A stretch of DNA of 64,000 bases, taken from the IMG/VR virus record IMGVR_UViG_3300027754_000044; one strand, written 5' to 3'. Below are positions 9,551 to 23,065 of this stretch, in pieces. This DNA comes from a virus. The position numbers and the translations under genes are program-made. Every line of letters begins with the position of its first letter. The stretch's first letter is position 1. The notes beneath the pieces were generated by a model, which worked only from the letters and a program-made list of their open reading frames with translations, was not told the DNA's origin and did not search any database.

Positions 9551-12190
9551 TTATTGTGCGGCAAATGAAACCGTCACACTTTTACCTGGAGCCACAGAAA
9601 CTGTATATCCTGCCAATGATTGAACATTAAATGTATTTGTTCCGGATCCGCCAATACCACCTGCGCCTGCACCAGTTCCGGCTGAGCCAGCAGTTCCAGC
9701 AGTTCCTGCTACGCCAGGATTTCCAGTTCCGCCTGCCATTGCAGGAACTGTTGCATTTCCAGCTGCGCCTGCAGTTCCAGCAACTCCTGGGTTTCCGGAC
9801 GTTCCTGCAGTAGCACTTGTTCCTGCTACACCTGCAGTTCCTGCTACGCCAGGATTTCCAGCTCCGCCCGCCCTTGCAGGCACTGTTGCATTTCCAGCTG
9901 CGCCTGCAGTTCCAGCAACTCCTGGGTTTCCTGCGCCGGCCGGGGTAGGTGCGCCAACACCTGCGGTTCCAGCAGTTCCTGCTACGCCAGGATTTCCAGC
10001 TCCGCCCGCCCTTGCAGGCACTGTTGCATTTCCAGCTGCGCCTGCAGTTCCTGCTACGCCTGCAGTTCCTGCAACACCCGCTCCACCAGCTCCGCCTGCC
10101 ATTGCAGGTGCTAATGCAGTTCCAGCAGCGCCAGCAGTTCCTGGATTGCTGCCACCTCCGGCACCACCTGCATTACCGTCCGCAGACAGACCACCTCTTC
10201 CGCCGGCGCCGCCGTAAACGCCACCTTTGTCGGCTCCAGAACCTCCACCACCACCATTTCCATAAAGAACGTTGGCACCGTTGTCTGTGCCAGCTGCTCC
10301 GCCTGCACCGTACGCAAGACCGCCAGCACCACCTCCACCACCACTACCACCAGTTCCTGCAGTTCCTGCTACGCCATTATTTCCTGGATTACCGGCAGTT
10401 CCTGGATTTCCAGCTGCACCTGCAGTTCCACCAGCTCCGCCCGGTCCACCTGCGCCATTAGTTCCTGCAGTTCCATCAGTTCCCTTGTTTCCAGCTGCAC
10501 CTGCAGTGCCGCCAGTTCCATTGGCTCCAGAATTTCCTGGATTTCCTGAAACTCCCGCTACGCCAGCAGTTCCGCCAGTTCCGTTAGTGCCAGGATTACC
10601 ATTAGTTCCTGCATTTCCTGCTGCGCCCGCAGTTCCAGCTGCACCATTATTACCTGGATTACCATTAGTTCCTATATTCCCCACTGTGCCCGCTGCGCCG
10701 CCAGTTCCGTTAGTGCCAGGATTACCATTAGTTCCTGCATTTCCTGCTGCGCCAGCAGTTCCGCCAGTTCCATTGGCTCCAGAATTTCCTGGATTACCGG
10801 CAGTTCCTGGATTTCCAGTTACACCAGCAGTTCCTGCAGCATACGTAACAGATGGAGTAGCTCCTGTCCATGCGGTAGGTCCGTTAAACGTAGATGCAAC
10901 ACCCACAGTTCCTGCTGATGCAGAAGTTCCTGCATTTCCCGCTCCGCCTGCCATTGCAGGTGCAGTCGCAGTTCCAGCAGTTCCAGCAGTTCCTGCTACG
11001 CCAGGATTTCCGGCTCCGCCTGCCATTGCAGGCACTGTTGCATTTCCAGCTGCGCCTGCAGTTCCTGCTACGCCAGGATTTCCAGTTCCTCCTGCAGTAG
11101 CACCTGTTCCAGCAGTTCCAGCAGTTCCTGCTACGCCAGGATTTCCAGTCCCTCCTGCAGTAGCACCTGTTCCAGCAGTTCCAGCAGTTCCTGCTACGCC
11201 AGGATTTCCAGTCCCTCCTGCCATTGCTGGTGCAGCTGTAGTTCCAGCAGTTCCAGCAGTTCCTGCTACGCCAGGATTTCCAGTTCCTCCTGCAGTAGCG
11301 CCAGTTCCATTAGCCCCTGCATTTCCAGCTGCGCCCACATTTCCAGCAGCAGCTGCTCCGCCTGCACCGCCATTTGTTGCACCAGTTCCAGCAGAACCAG
11401 CTGCGCCTGAAGGACCAGTCGCTCCTGCGGATCCTGCAGTTCCTGCAACACCCGCTCCACCAGCACCACCAGCGCCACCAGCGCCATCGGAGGGTGAGGC
11501 AGCATTTCCAGAATTTCCAGCCGCGCCCGAACCGGCAGTTCCACCACCACCACCACCACCACCTCCTCCACCACCAATGAAGCCGCTCGTTCCCGCAGTT
11601 CCTGCATTTCCTGCACCACCTGCAGTTCCCGCTGCGCCGTTGGTTCCTGCGTTACCTGGAGTTCCTGCATTTCCAATGACGCCTGCATTTCCAGCTGCGC
11701 CTGCAGTTCCACCAGTTCCATTGTTTCCTGAAGTTCCTGGGTTTCCAGCTGCACCTGCTGGTCCAGCAGTTCCACCAGTTCCATTGTTTCCTGAAGTTCC
11801 TGGGTTTCCTGCAGATCCCGCTGCACCTGCAGTTCCACCAGTTCCATTGTTTCCTGAAGTTCCTGGGTTTCCTGCAGATCCCGCTGCACCTGCAGTTCCT
11901 GCTCCGCCGTTGGTTCCTGGGTTACCTGCAGTTCCTGCGTTTCCAGCTGCGCCTGCAGTTCCTGCAGTTCCGTTGGCTCCAGAATTACCTGGATTTCCTG
12001 CATTTCCTGCTGCGCCTGCAGTTCCGCCATTACCAGCAACACCATTCGTTCCTGCATTTCCAGAACTTCCGGACCCAGAAACTGTTATGGTTCTAACACC
12101 ATAAGGTACAGTATATGTGCCCGATGAATTAAACGTAACAGACCCTGCTGGTATTACAGGGTCTGTGAATAATGCTGTTGCTGTAAACAT
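9551..12190 (-). CDS. Gly-X-X repeat glycine-rich fibre/adhesin-like protein
   Basis: 879 aa, mostly G-X-X triplets (GTA/GAA/GNP/GVA); N-terminal TFNSSGTYTVPYGV typical of Gly-rich phage tail proteins. Confidence 0.75.
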   Translation of the reverse strand: MFTATALFTDPVIPAGSVTFNSSGTYTVPYGVRTITVSGSGSSGNAGTNGVAGNGGTAGAAGNAGNPGNSGANGTAGTAGAAGNAGTAGNPGTNGGAGTAGAAGSAGNPGTSGNNGTGGTAGAAGSAGNPGTSGNNGTGGTAGPAGAAGNPGTSGNNGTGGTAGAAGNAGVIGNAGTPGNAGTNGAAGTAGGAGNAGTAGTSGFIGGGGGGGGGGGGTAGSGAAGNSGNAASPSDGAGGAGGAGGAGVAGTAGSAGATGPSGAAGSAGTGATNGGAGGAAAAGNVGAAGNAGANGTGATAGGTGNPGVAGTAGTAGTTAAPAMAGGTGNPGVAGTAGTAGTGATAGGTGNPGVAGTAGTAGTGATAGGTGNPGVAGTAGAAGNATVPAMAGGAGNPGVAGTAGTAGTATAPAMAGGAGNAGTSASAGTVGVASTFNGPTAWTGATPSVTYAAGTAGVTGNPGTAGNPGNSGANGTGGTAGAAGNAGTNGNPGTNGTGGAAGTVGNIGTNGNPGNNGAAGTAGAAGNAGTNGNPGTNGTGGTAGVAGVSGNPGNSGANGTGGTAGAAGNKGTDGTAGTNGAGGPGGAGGTAGAAGNPGTAGNPGNNGVAGTAGTGGSGGGGGAGGLAYGAGGAAGTDNGANVLYGNGGGGGSGADKGGVYGGAGGRGGLSADGNAGGAGGGSNPGTAGAAGTALAPAMAGGAGGAGVAGTAGVAGTAGAAGNATVPARAGGAGNPGVAGTAGTAGVGAPTPAGAGNPGVAGTAGAAGNATVPARAGGAGNPGVAGTAGVAGTSATAGTSGNPGVAGTAGAAGNATVPAMAGGTGNPGVAGTAGTAGSAGTGAGAGGIGGSGTNTFNVQSLAGYTVSVAPGKSVTVSFAAQ

Positions 12191-12192
12191 TG

Positions 12193-12540
12193 TTATCCTC
12201 TTTTATCAGCTAACTGTAGAAAATCTGCTGGAATGTCATTAATAGTTTTAGCAAACCATCTCACCTGATATTTTTCTGTTTTATCTTCTGAAATCCAAAA
12301 TAATTTTTCGAATATAAGAATTGGTAATTTAGTAACAGGAATTTTGACCCATTGTTCGGGAGCAAGTTCTGGATCATGGAACCATGTGCTTAAAGCAGCC
12401 AAATGTTCGGCAGGAACAGGACTATACTTTAAATCTGTATATTTTATATTATTATCCTCTAGATAGTTTCGGAATGCTTGCGACTCTTCTCCATCTGTAG
12501 AATTTAAATAAATGTCTGTATATTTAATTGGTGTAGCCAT
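12193..12540 (-). CDS. Glutaredoxin-fold-like protein lacking CxxC
   Basis: IYL...AFRNYLEDNNIKYTDL...KLPILIF resembles Grx topology; no Cys. Confidence 0.4.
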   Translation of the reverse strand: MATPIKYTDIYLNSTDGEESQAFRNYLEDNNIKYTDLKYSPVPAEHLAALSTWFHDPELAPEQWVKIPVTKLPILIFEKLFWISEDKTEKYQVRWFAKTINDIPADFLQLADKRG

Positions 12541-12581
12541 ATTTGAAATCTCCTATTTAAAATCTGATAACCTATCCTAAT

Positions 12582-13736
12582 CTAGGCTTCAATAAATGAT
12601 TGTGAAATATACCATCTTGTGTCGCCATCAAATTTAGTGCAAACATATATGGTAACTTTGTTTGCGGCCGATGATACTGCTGGTAATGTTGCGCTGTTAT
12701 TATACAACAGAGTTTCACCAGCAGGTGCTGCAAATGCCATTGTGCGACTTCCAGTGGCATCCTGTTTGAAAATTACAACAATAGTTTTAATTGCTTCTGT
12801 TCTACCTGGCATGCCTGTCGGCAATGTAACAGTTGCGTTTCCTGTTAATGATATTCTTTGAACATTTCTTTGAGTGGATAATGTAATCGCTGTGGATGAT
12901 GCGCGATACGACATTGCGTCTTCTGTGAAATTTCTAATTTTTTTACTAGAAAAGTTTACGTTATTCGAAAATACTCCAAATGAAGCTGTGTTTGAATAAA
13001 CTCCGTTCGCACCACTAGTATTGATATCAGTGTTACCGGATACAGTCAATTGAGATGTAACAGTTGCTTTATTTGTTGAAGTATTTCCAGATACTGTTAA
13101 GTTTGTTCCAACAGTCGCGCGACCAGATAGAGTCGCAAGACCACTTGCTCCAATTGTTGTGAACGAACCAGTGTTCGCTGTTGTAGCTCCCACAGTTCCA
13201 TTATGTGCGCCAAAAAATGGACCACCAGTTGTTCTACCGATAGTTGTATTTCCAGACACAGTCAATTGAGATGTAACAGTTGCTTTATTTGTTGAAGTGT
13301 TACCAGATACTGTTAAGTTTCCTGTATGGGCTAAAATTCCGGTTGAAGTTGTTGTCTTACCAGCAGCACCTAATGTTGTATTGCCAGATACAGTTAAATT
13401 AGTAGATACTGTTGCACGACCTGTATGCCCAAGCAATCCAGTTGTTGTGATTGTCTTACCCGCAGCACCTAATGTCGTGTTACCGGATACAGTAAGATTT
13501 GTTCCAATAGTTACTTGACCATTTGATGATAATAGTCCATTTACGATTGTGCGCTTAGTGGCTCCACCTAGAACTGTATTACCAGTCGCTCTAAGAACAT
13601 TATTAGCAGTAATCGTATTTGCATAGAGAGAAGAATTGTTGATAGCAAATTGACTTAAACGATCAAACGCTATATTGGAATTCGTTCTCCAAGTATTGAA
13701 TGTATTTGTGAGAGCTACGTTTGCAATTTTAGCCAT
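12582..13736 (-). CDS. Tail fibre-like structural protein with LTVSGNT repeats
   Basis: TNTFNTWR N-terminus, repeated NLTVSGNTT, C-terminal KQDATGSRT fibre motif. Confidence 0.7.
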   Translation of the reverse strand: MAKIANVALTNTFNTWRTNSNIAFDRLSQFAINNSSLYANTITANNVLRATGNTVLGGATKRTIVNGLLSSNGQVTIGTNLTVSGNTTLGAAGKTITTTGLLGHTGRATVSTNLTVSGNTTLGAAGKTTTSTGILAHTGNLTVSGNTSTNKATVTSQLTVSGNTTIGRTTGGPFFGAHNGTVGATTANTGSFTTIGASGLATLSGRATVGTNLTVSGNTSTNKATVTSQLTVSGNTDINTSGANGVYSNTASFGVFSNNVNFSSKKIRNFTEDAMSYRASSTAITLSTQRNVQRISLTGNATVTLPTGMPGRTEAIKTIVVIFKQDATGSRTMAFAAPAGETLLYNNSATLPAVSSAANKVTIYVCTKFDGDTRWYISQSFIEA

Positions 13737-13744
13737 TTGAATTC

Positions 13745-13963
13745 CTATTTAAGCGTGAGCTGAATCAGTAAATTTTTGATATCAGCAATATCTGTTTTTA
13801 ATGTATTTATATCATCTAGGGCTACATTCAATTCTTTCTCTCTACTTCTCTTTTTCCTATAAGCATCCAGTCCAGTCTGATTCACATTTATTACGGCTGG
13901 TGCTTCTTCTTTTCCCGTAATATTTCTAACAAAATCTGGAGTTTCTTTTATTTTTGCAAGCAT
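13745..13963 (-). CDS. Small conserved protein following the VrlC-like gene
   Basis: AVIN...DDINTLKTDIADIKNLL coiled-coil pattern. Confidence 0.6.
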   Translation of the reverse strand: MLAKIKETPDFVRNITGKEEAPAVINVNQTGLDAYRKKRSREKELNVALDDINTLKTDIADIKNLLIQLTLK

Positions 13964-15843
13964 ATAACTCTTAAGTCAGTGATTCTTGGAGGCTTAACTG
14001 TGACTGTATTTGTCATAACTATTTTGATCGCCAAATATTTATATCCTGTAAATCGTGCACCTAAGCTGTTTCTATACTCTATAACACCATTTGTATTATT
14101 TGCACCAGACAGATTAACCACTATACCATTTCGAGTAACTTTTTGAGCATTCGTTGGATACGTTTTCACACTGTAAACGTATTCTTTGAAATCTTCTGTA
14201 TTCTCTGTATCTGAAATAATAGTAGATGCTGTGTTTTGAGTCATCGGCATCCATCTAGTGTTTAGGAACGTATCGCTATCTTCCTTATGAACTATTTTGT
14301 AATACACAAAAATGTTGGCTGTAGATGGCTTATAAGCATTTACATAAACCAAAATATCTTCAGCATCTTGACCATCAGCCAATGTAATTCTACGTGTAAT
14401 ATATCTAGTTTTTGCACTACCGCCAGAAGAAACATAATCTTCAGTCGATTGAATGTCAGTATTGGAATTTATCAAATTTTCAACAGAGGTAAGTGAAATG
14501 CGGTCTACGTCAATTGCTGGAGATACCAATCTACATGTAGAAGCTAAATGAATATTCATATTTAAAGAACCATCTTTCATGGTCGCGTTGCTAGCAGAAG
14601 TATTAGCTTCGTTGCTATAGCTCAAGACAAATTTTGATTCTGGAAATTCCTGAGTATCATTTACATTAATGTATGAATACGAACTATCAGAAGATGAAGA
14701 ACTCTTTGCATATTTTCCTGCAAAAGTGATAGCTGTGTTTGCTGGACTTATATAATCTGATGTAAATTGCGCCACGTCGAGTTTCAAATTCTGTAAACCC
14801 AAAATTCGTGCAGTATATCCTAGAGTCTGCGATCTAATATAAGTATTTGACGTGAACATACGATTATTAGAAAACGAAGCGATCGGACCGCTGTTGATAT
14901 AAGAAACATTAGCTAAATGCAAGTGGGTATTTGGATAATTAATCCTATCATAATATTCGATCTTTCCTGTTGGAGTCACGGTGCATAGGATTGATCCATT
15001 AGCAATAATTCTTCCAGTTGTTGAATTTGTATTTCTAATCCTTATAGTTTCTCCCGCTTTAAATTTAGAAGCAGTAGACACATTTTTAACTCTGATCTGT
15101 CCGTTAAAAATTTTTGTGTTTGAAGAAACTGTTGCTGTTGCTCCAGAAGTCATTCCTTGAATAAAACATACGTCATTATTAACATTTGTTCCAACAGTTA
15201 TTGCAGAGGTCTTTGCAAATGTTCCACGTATTAATGTTTCACCATGAACTGATTCGCCAATTGATGAAAAATCTGAAGAAACGTTCGCAACCGTCAAGTA
15301 ATCGCGATCGTCATTTTTAAATTTGATCTGTCCGGTATTGATGAGATTAAAATTTGCATAATACATTGTATACTTGATATCTTCTTCGTCAATTCCTGTG
15401 AATGTCTTATTATTACCGGATGCGAATAGCATACCGACTGCAGGTTGTTGAGAAACTCTTGTTCCTGTAACTAGATCATTTTCTCCAAGTCTGCTAGTAA
15501 AAATTGTAAAATTTGGACTTCCTCCACCAGGGATAATTTGAAATCCATATTCTTTTCCATCTAAAAGATACACGGGAGAAGGAAACATAAACGGAGTAGG
15601 TATTGAACCATCGGCACTAGTATTTATATCTCGGGGTTCTCGTCTTTTAGTTGAAAAAGGAAGAACTCGTCCAGTAAAAGCTCCGGTTAGCGGATCAATT
15701 TCACATATATTAACAGTTACAGGTTGAACCGGATCTTTTGTCGCAAAATATAAATCAATTTTGGTTAAATATATTCCAGTAGACACAATTCCATTCCAAG
15801 AAAGTGTGTCTACTAAAAAAGTTTGTCCTATAGATTCGCTCAT
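13948..15843 (-). CDS. Virion structural protein, C-terminal half of a VrlC/DUF4815-like protein
   Basis: GQTFLV...IYLTKIDLYFATKD, FPSPVYL, YITRRITL, PPRITDLRVI. Confidence 0.75.
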   Translation of the reverse strand: MSESIGQTFLVDTLSWNGIVSTGIYLTKIDLYFATKDPVQPVTVNICEIDPLTGAFTGRVLPFSTKRREPRDINTSADGSIPTPFMFPSPVYLLDGKEYGFQIIPGGGSPNFTIFTSRLGENDLVTGTRVSQQPAVGMLFASGNNKTFTGIDEEDIKYTMYYANFNLINTGQIKFKNDDRDYLTVANVSSDFSSIGESVHGETLIRGTFAKTSAITVGTNVNNDVCFIQGMTSGATATVSSNTKIFNGQIRVKNVSTASKFKAGETIRIRNTNSTTGRIIANGSILCTVTPTGKIEYYDRINYPNTHLHLANVSYINSGPIASFSNNRMFTSNTYIRSQTLGYTARILGLQNLKLDVAQFTSDYISPANTAITFAGKYAKSSSSSDSSYSYINVNDTQEFPESKFVLSYSNEANTSASNATMKDGSLNMNIHLASTCRLVSPAIDVDRISLTSVENLINSNTDIQSTEDYVSSGGSAKTRYITRRITLADGQDAEDILVYVNAYKPSTANIFVYYKIVHKEDSDTFLNTRWMPMTQNTASTIISDTENTEDFKEYVYSVKTYPTNAQKVTRNGIVVNLSGANNTNGVIEYRNSLGARFTGYKYLAIKIVMTNTVTVKPPRITDLRVICLQK

Positions 15844-15873
15844 TTATTTTTCCAATTTAGTTTAGAATTAATT

Positions 15874-20790
<4,917 letters not shown>

Positions 20791-20802
20791 TTATTTTCTC
20801 TC

Positions 20803-22380
20803 TTAAAAACTTAAAACGATTTTAACATCTTCGAGCTGATCAGATGCTCTAGTGATCGGAACTCTATTTTCATTGTAAATAATAACGCCAGTATATTCTT
20901 TCAATGCTGGTCTTATATATGAGATAACATTTGCTGTATATCCAGAAGTTACTCCTTGAACAGTTTCGCCTTCTGCAAAACTTTGTCCGATACCACTTGT
21001 AACTAATCGAATCAATTTCAATACGCCTTTAGTTCTAGAACTATTGGTGTTTGCAAAATAAACTAAACGCCCTTTAGCGCCACTTTGATTTCCTCTTATA
21101 ACTTCATCTGTCGTAAAATCACCAGAAACCACGTTGACTGTAATTCTATGAGTTTGATCAATGACGGAAGTATTTGCTGCAGAACCATTTCTCAATAAAG
21201 GATCGCGAATAATTCCAATTGTTCTAATATCATTATTAGTTGGTAAAGTATTTGATTCTGCGCCTTTTAGTTGAACGTTCATCATTATATATTTGCCAAA
21301 CAACTCATTAACTGGACTTGATCCATGCCCCCGCACTGGTGATATAATAGGGATTGCTTTTGCGCCGGACCCACGAGAAGTATTTGCAGAAATCACTACG
21401 TTTGCGCTAGAATAATTTGCACCAACTCTTATCATAGAAATTTTTCTAACTTGACCACCAACCGTATTCGATACCCAAGCAGTCGCGCGTTTTGTTTCTG
21501 TTGTTCCACTGTCTCCAGATATTGTAACTGTTGGACTTATAGAATAAGTCGACGTTGTATTCGGAGTTATCGTAAATGCAGTATTTACCGTCAATGCCCT
21601 GGTAGTACCAACATAATTTATAATTTTTCTTAACGATCCACCAAGGCCAGATCCTTTTCCAGAAGTGATCATTATGGAAGATCCAACATATGCGTCATCT
21701 GTTCCGATAGCATTACTTCCAAGAACAAAAACTGTAGAGTTTGATATAGAAGAAAAAACATTTGAAGTAGAAAGATATCCACTTCCGTTCGCAGTAATTT
21801 GTATATGTTCTATTGAACCATTAGCAGCTGCTTGTTGAACAATCCATTGCGCACTAGAATCATTAGCTGAAATATTTTTTACTGGTATGAATTGATTCGT
21901 TAAAAACTTATTTTTCTCGCCAGCAGATACTGTATATAAAAATTTCCATCTATAATTATCTGCAGTTGAAATAATAGATGTGCTTGTTCCAGTAGGAACT
22001 ACAGTAGAATATGCACCAAAGTTATTGTCAATACATTTATATACATTGTCTTGCGAAGTCATAACATAAAATGGCGAACCACTCAGAGAAGCATTATTTG
22101 AGGTGTATTGGGTATAAACTGTATTTGCGGTCCAATTGAAACGCGGAATACAATGCGTTACATCTGAAACTTGAATTCGTTTAAGCCCAATAATATCACG
22201 CCAAAAATCATAATATGTAGAATCATAAGAATCTACAGGTGTTGGTGGTGTCGCATCATTCGCATAAGCATAACTTTTCCCCGCAAACAAATAATAAATG
22301 TTTGGATTAGTTTCTGAAAATGACTCAAGAAATTGAATCGCGTTATGTATGCGAAAATGCGATGTTACCAACGAAGCCAT
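20803..22380 (-). CDS. gp8: Baseplate wedge subunit (gp8-like)
   Basis: IPRFNW, FYVMTSQDNVYKCIDN, DNYRWKFLY, IIYNENRVPITRASDQLEDVKIVLSF. Confidence 0.88.
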   Translation of the reverse strand: MASLVTSHFRIHNAIQFLESFSETNPNIYYLFAGKSYAYANDATPPTPVDSYDSTYYDFWRDIIGLKRIQVSDVTHCIPRFNWTANTVYTQYTSNNASLSGSPFYVMTSQDNVYKCIDNNFGAYSTVVPTGTSTSIISTADNYRWKFLYTVSAGEKNKFLTNQFIPVKNISANDSSAQWIVQQAAANGSIEHIQITANGSGYLSTSNVFSSISNSTVFVLGSNAIGTDDAYVGSSIMITSGKGSGLGGSLRKIINYVGTTRALTVNTAFTITPNTTSTYSISPTVTISGDSGTTETKRATAWVSNTVGGQVRKISMIRVGANYSSANVVISANTSRGSGAKAIPIISPVRGHGSSPVNELFGKYIMMNVQLKGAESNTLPTNNDIRTIGIIRDPLLRNGSAANTSVIDQTHRITVNVVSGDFTTDEVIRGNQSGAKGRLVYFANTNSSRTKGVLKLIRLVTSGIGQSFAEGETVQGVTSGYTANVISYIRPALKEYTGVIIYNENRVPITRASDQLEDVKIVLSF

Positions 22381-22383
22381 TAA

Positions 22384-22989
22384 TTATCCGCCAAGAACTG
22401 TTGTATACGATACGTTCAATGTGTCTCCGCTCGAAACAATTTTATCTCCTGCAGAAAAAAGCCCAGCAGAATATAGTGTTCCAGTTGTTGGACCAACACC
22501 AGCATTGCTCTTATTTGGATTTGAAGTTAAGAATGCACCCTTAACGGTACCTGAGCTTGAAATCGAAAATACAGTAGCATTAGATGAAGCAATTGCTTTG
22601 GATGCAGCAGCTGCAAATGTGACTTGACGAAGCGAGGTCTGACTGAAATTTGGTGCATTATTACTATTACATTGACCCCAATTACTATGGCTTGCTTGAG
22701 TATCTGTATTAGCAACTGTTGCATAGTTATTAGCGCCTTTTAATGAACTAATCAGACCAATATACCATGCAGTCACTTGGGTTGTAGATCTAAATTGAAC
22801 TCCGAGCATATGATTACGCCCCTGGTCAGTTACGACATTTTTAATATAATCTGACCACTTTAGATTACCATCTTTGTCGTAACATTCGGTCACATAATAT
22901 CCAGCAGGAGATACAGCTTCCGATGAACTTGCTCCACGTGTTACTGATGCAGCGAAAGCATCTTTTGAAATTGCAATTTCTGAAGACAT
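22384..22989 (-). CDS. Virion structural (baseplate/fibre) protein
   Basis: W..NVVT.GR...WYIGL...GTLYS...SGDTLNVSYT. Confidence 0.65.
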   Translation of the reverse strand: MSSEIAISKDAFAASVTRGASSSEAVSPAGYYVTECYDKDGNLKWSDYIKNVVTDQGRNHMLGVQFRSTTQVTAWYIGLISSLKGANNYATVANTDTQASHSNWGQCNSNNAPNFSQTSLRQVTFAAAASKAIASSNATVFSISSSGTVKGAFLTSNPNKSNAGVGPTTGTLYSAGLFSAGDKIVSSGDTLNVSYTTVLGG

Positions 22990-23040
22990 AATTTTTCCTT
23001 TATTTGCGATAAGATAATGTATTGCTTTAATACTATTTCC

Positions 23041-23048
23041 TATTTATA
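23041..23048 (-). promoter_or_regulatory. Late promoter
   Basis: Intergenic TATAAATA. Confidence 0.65.
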
Positions 23049-23065
23049 CGTGATATTTCATATAT

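Noticed and set aside
9631-12104. Long alternative ORFs (e.g. the 610-aa Pro/Ala-rich + strand ORF) over the Gly-rich gene
   Set aside because: Shadows of the GGN-GCN repeat codons; the minus-strand ORF fits gene order and has fibre-like termini.
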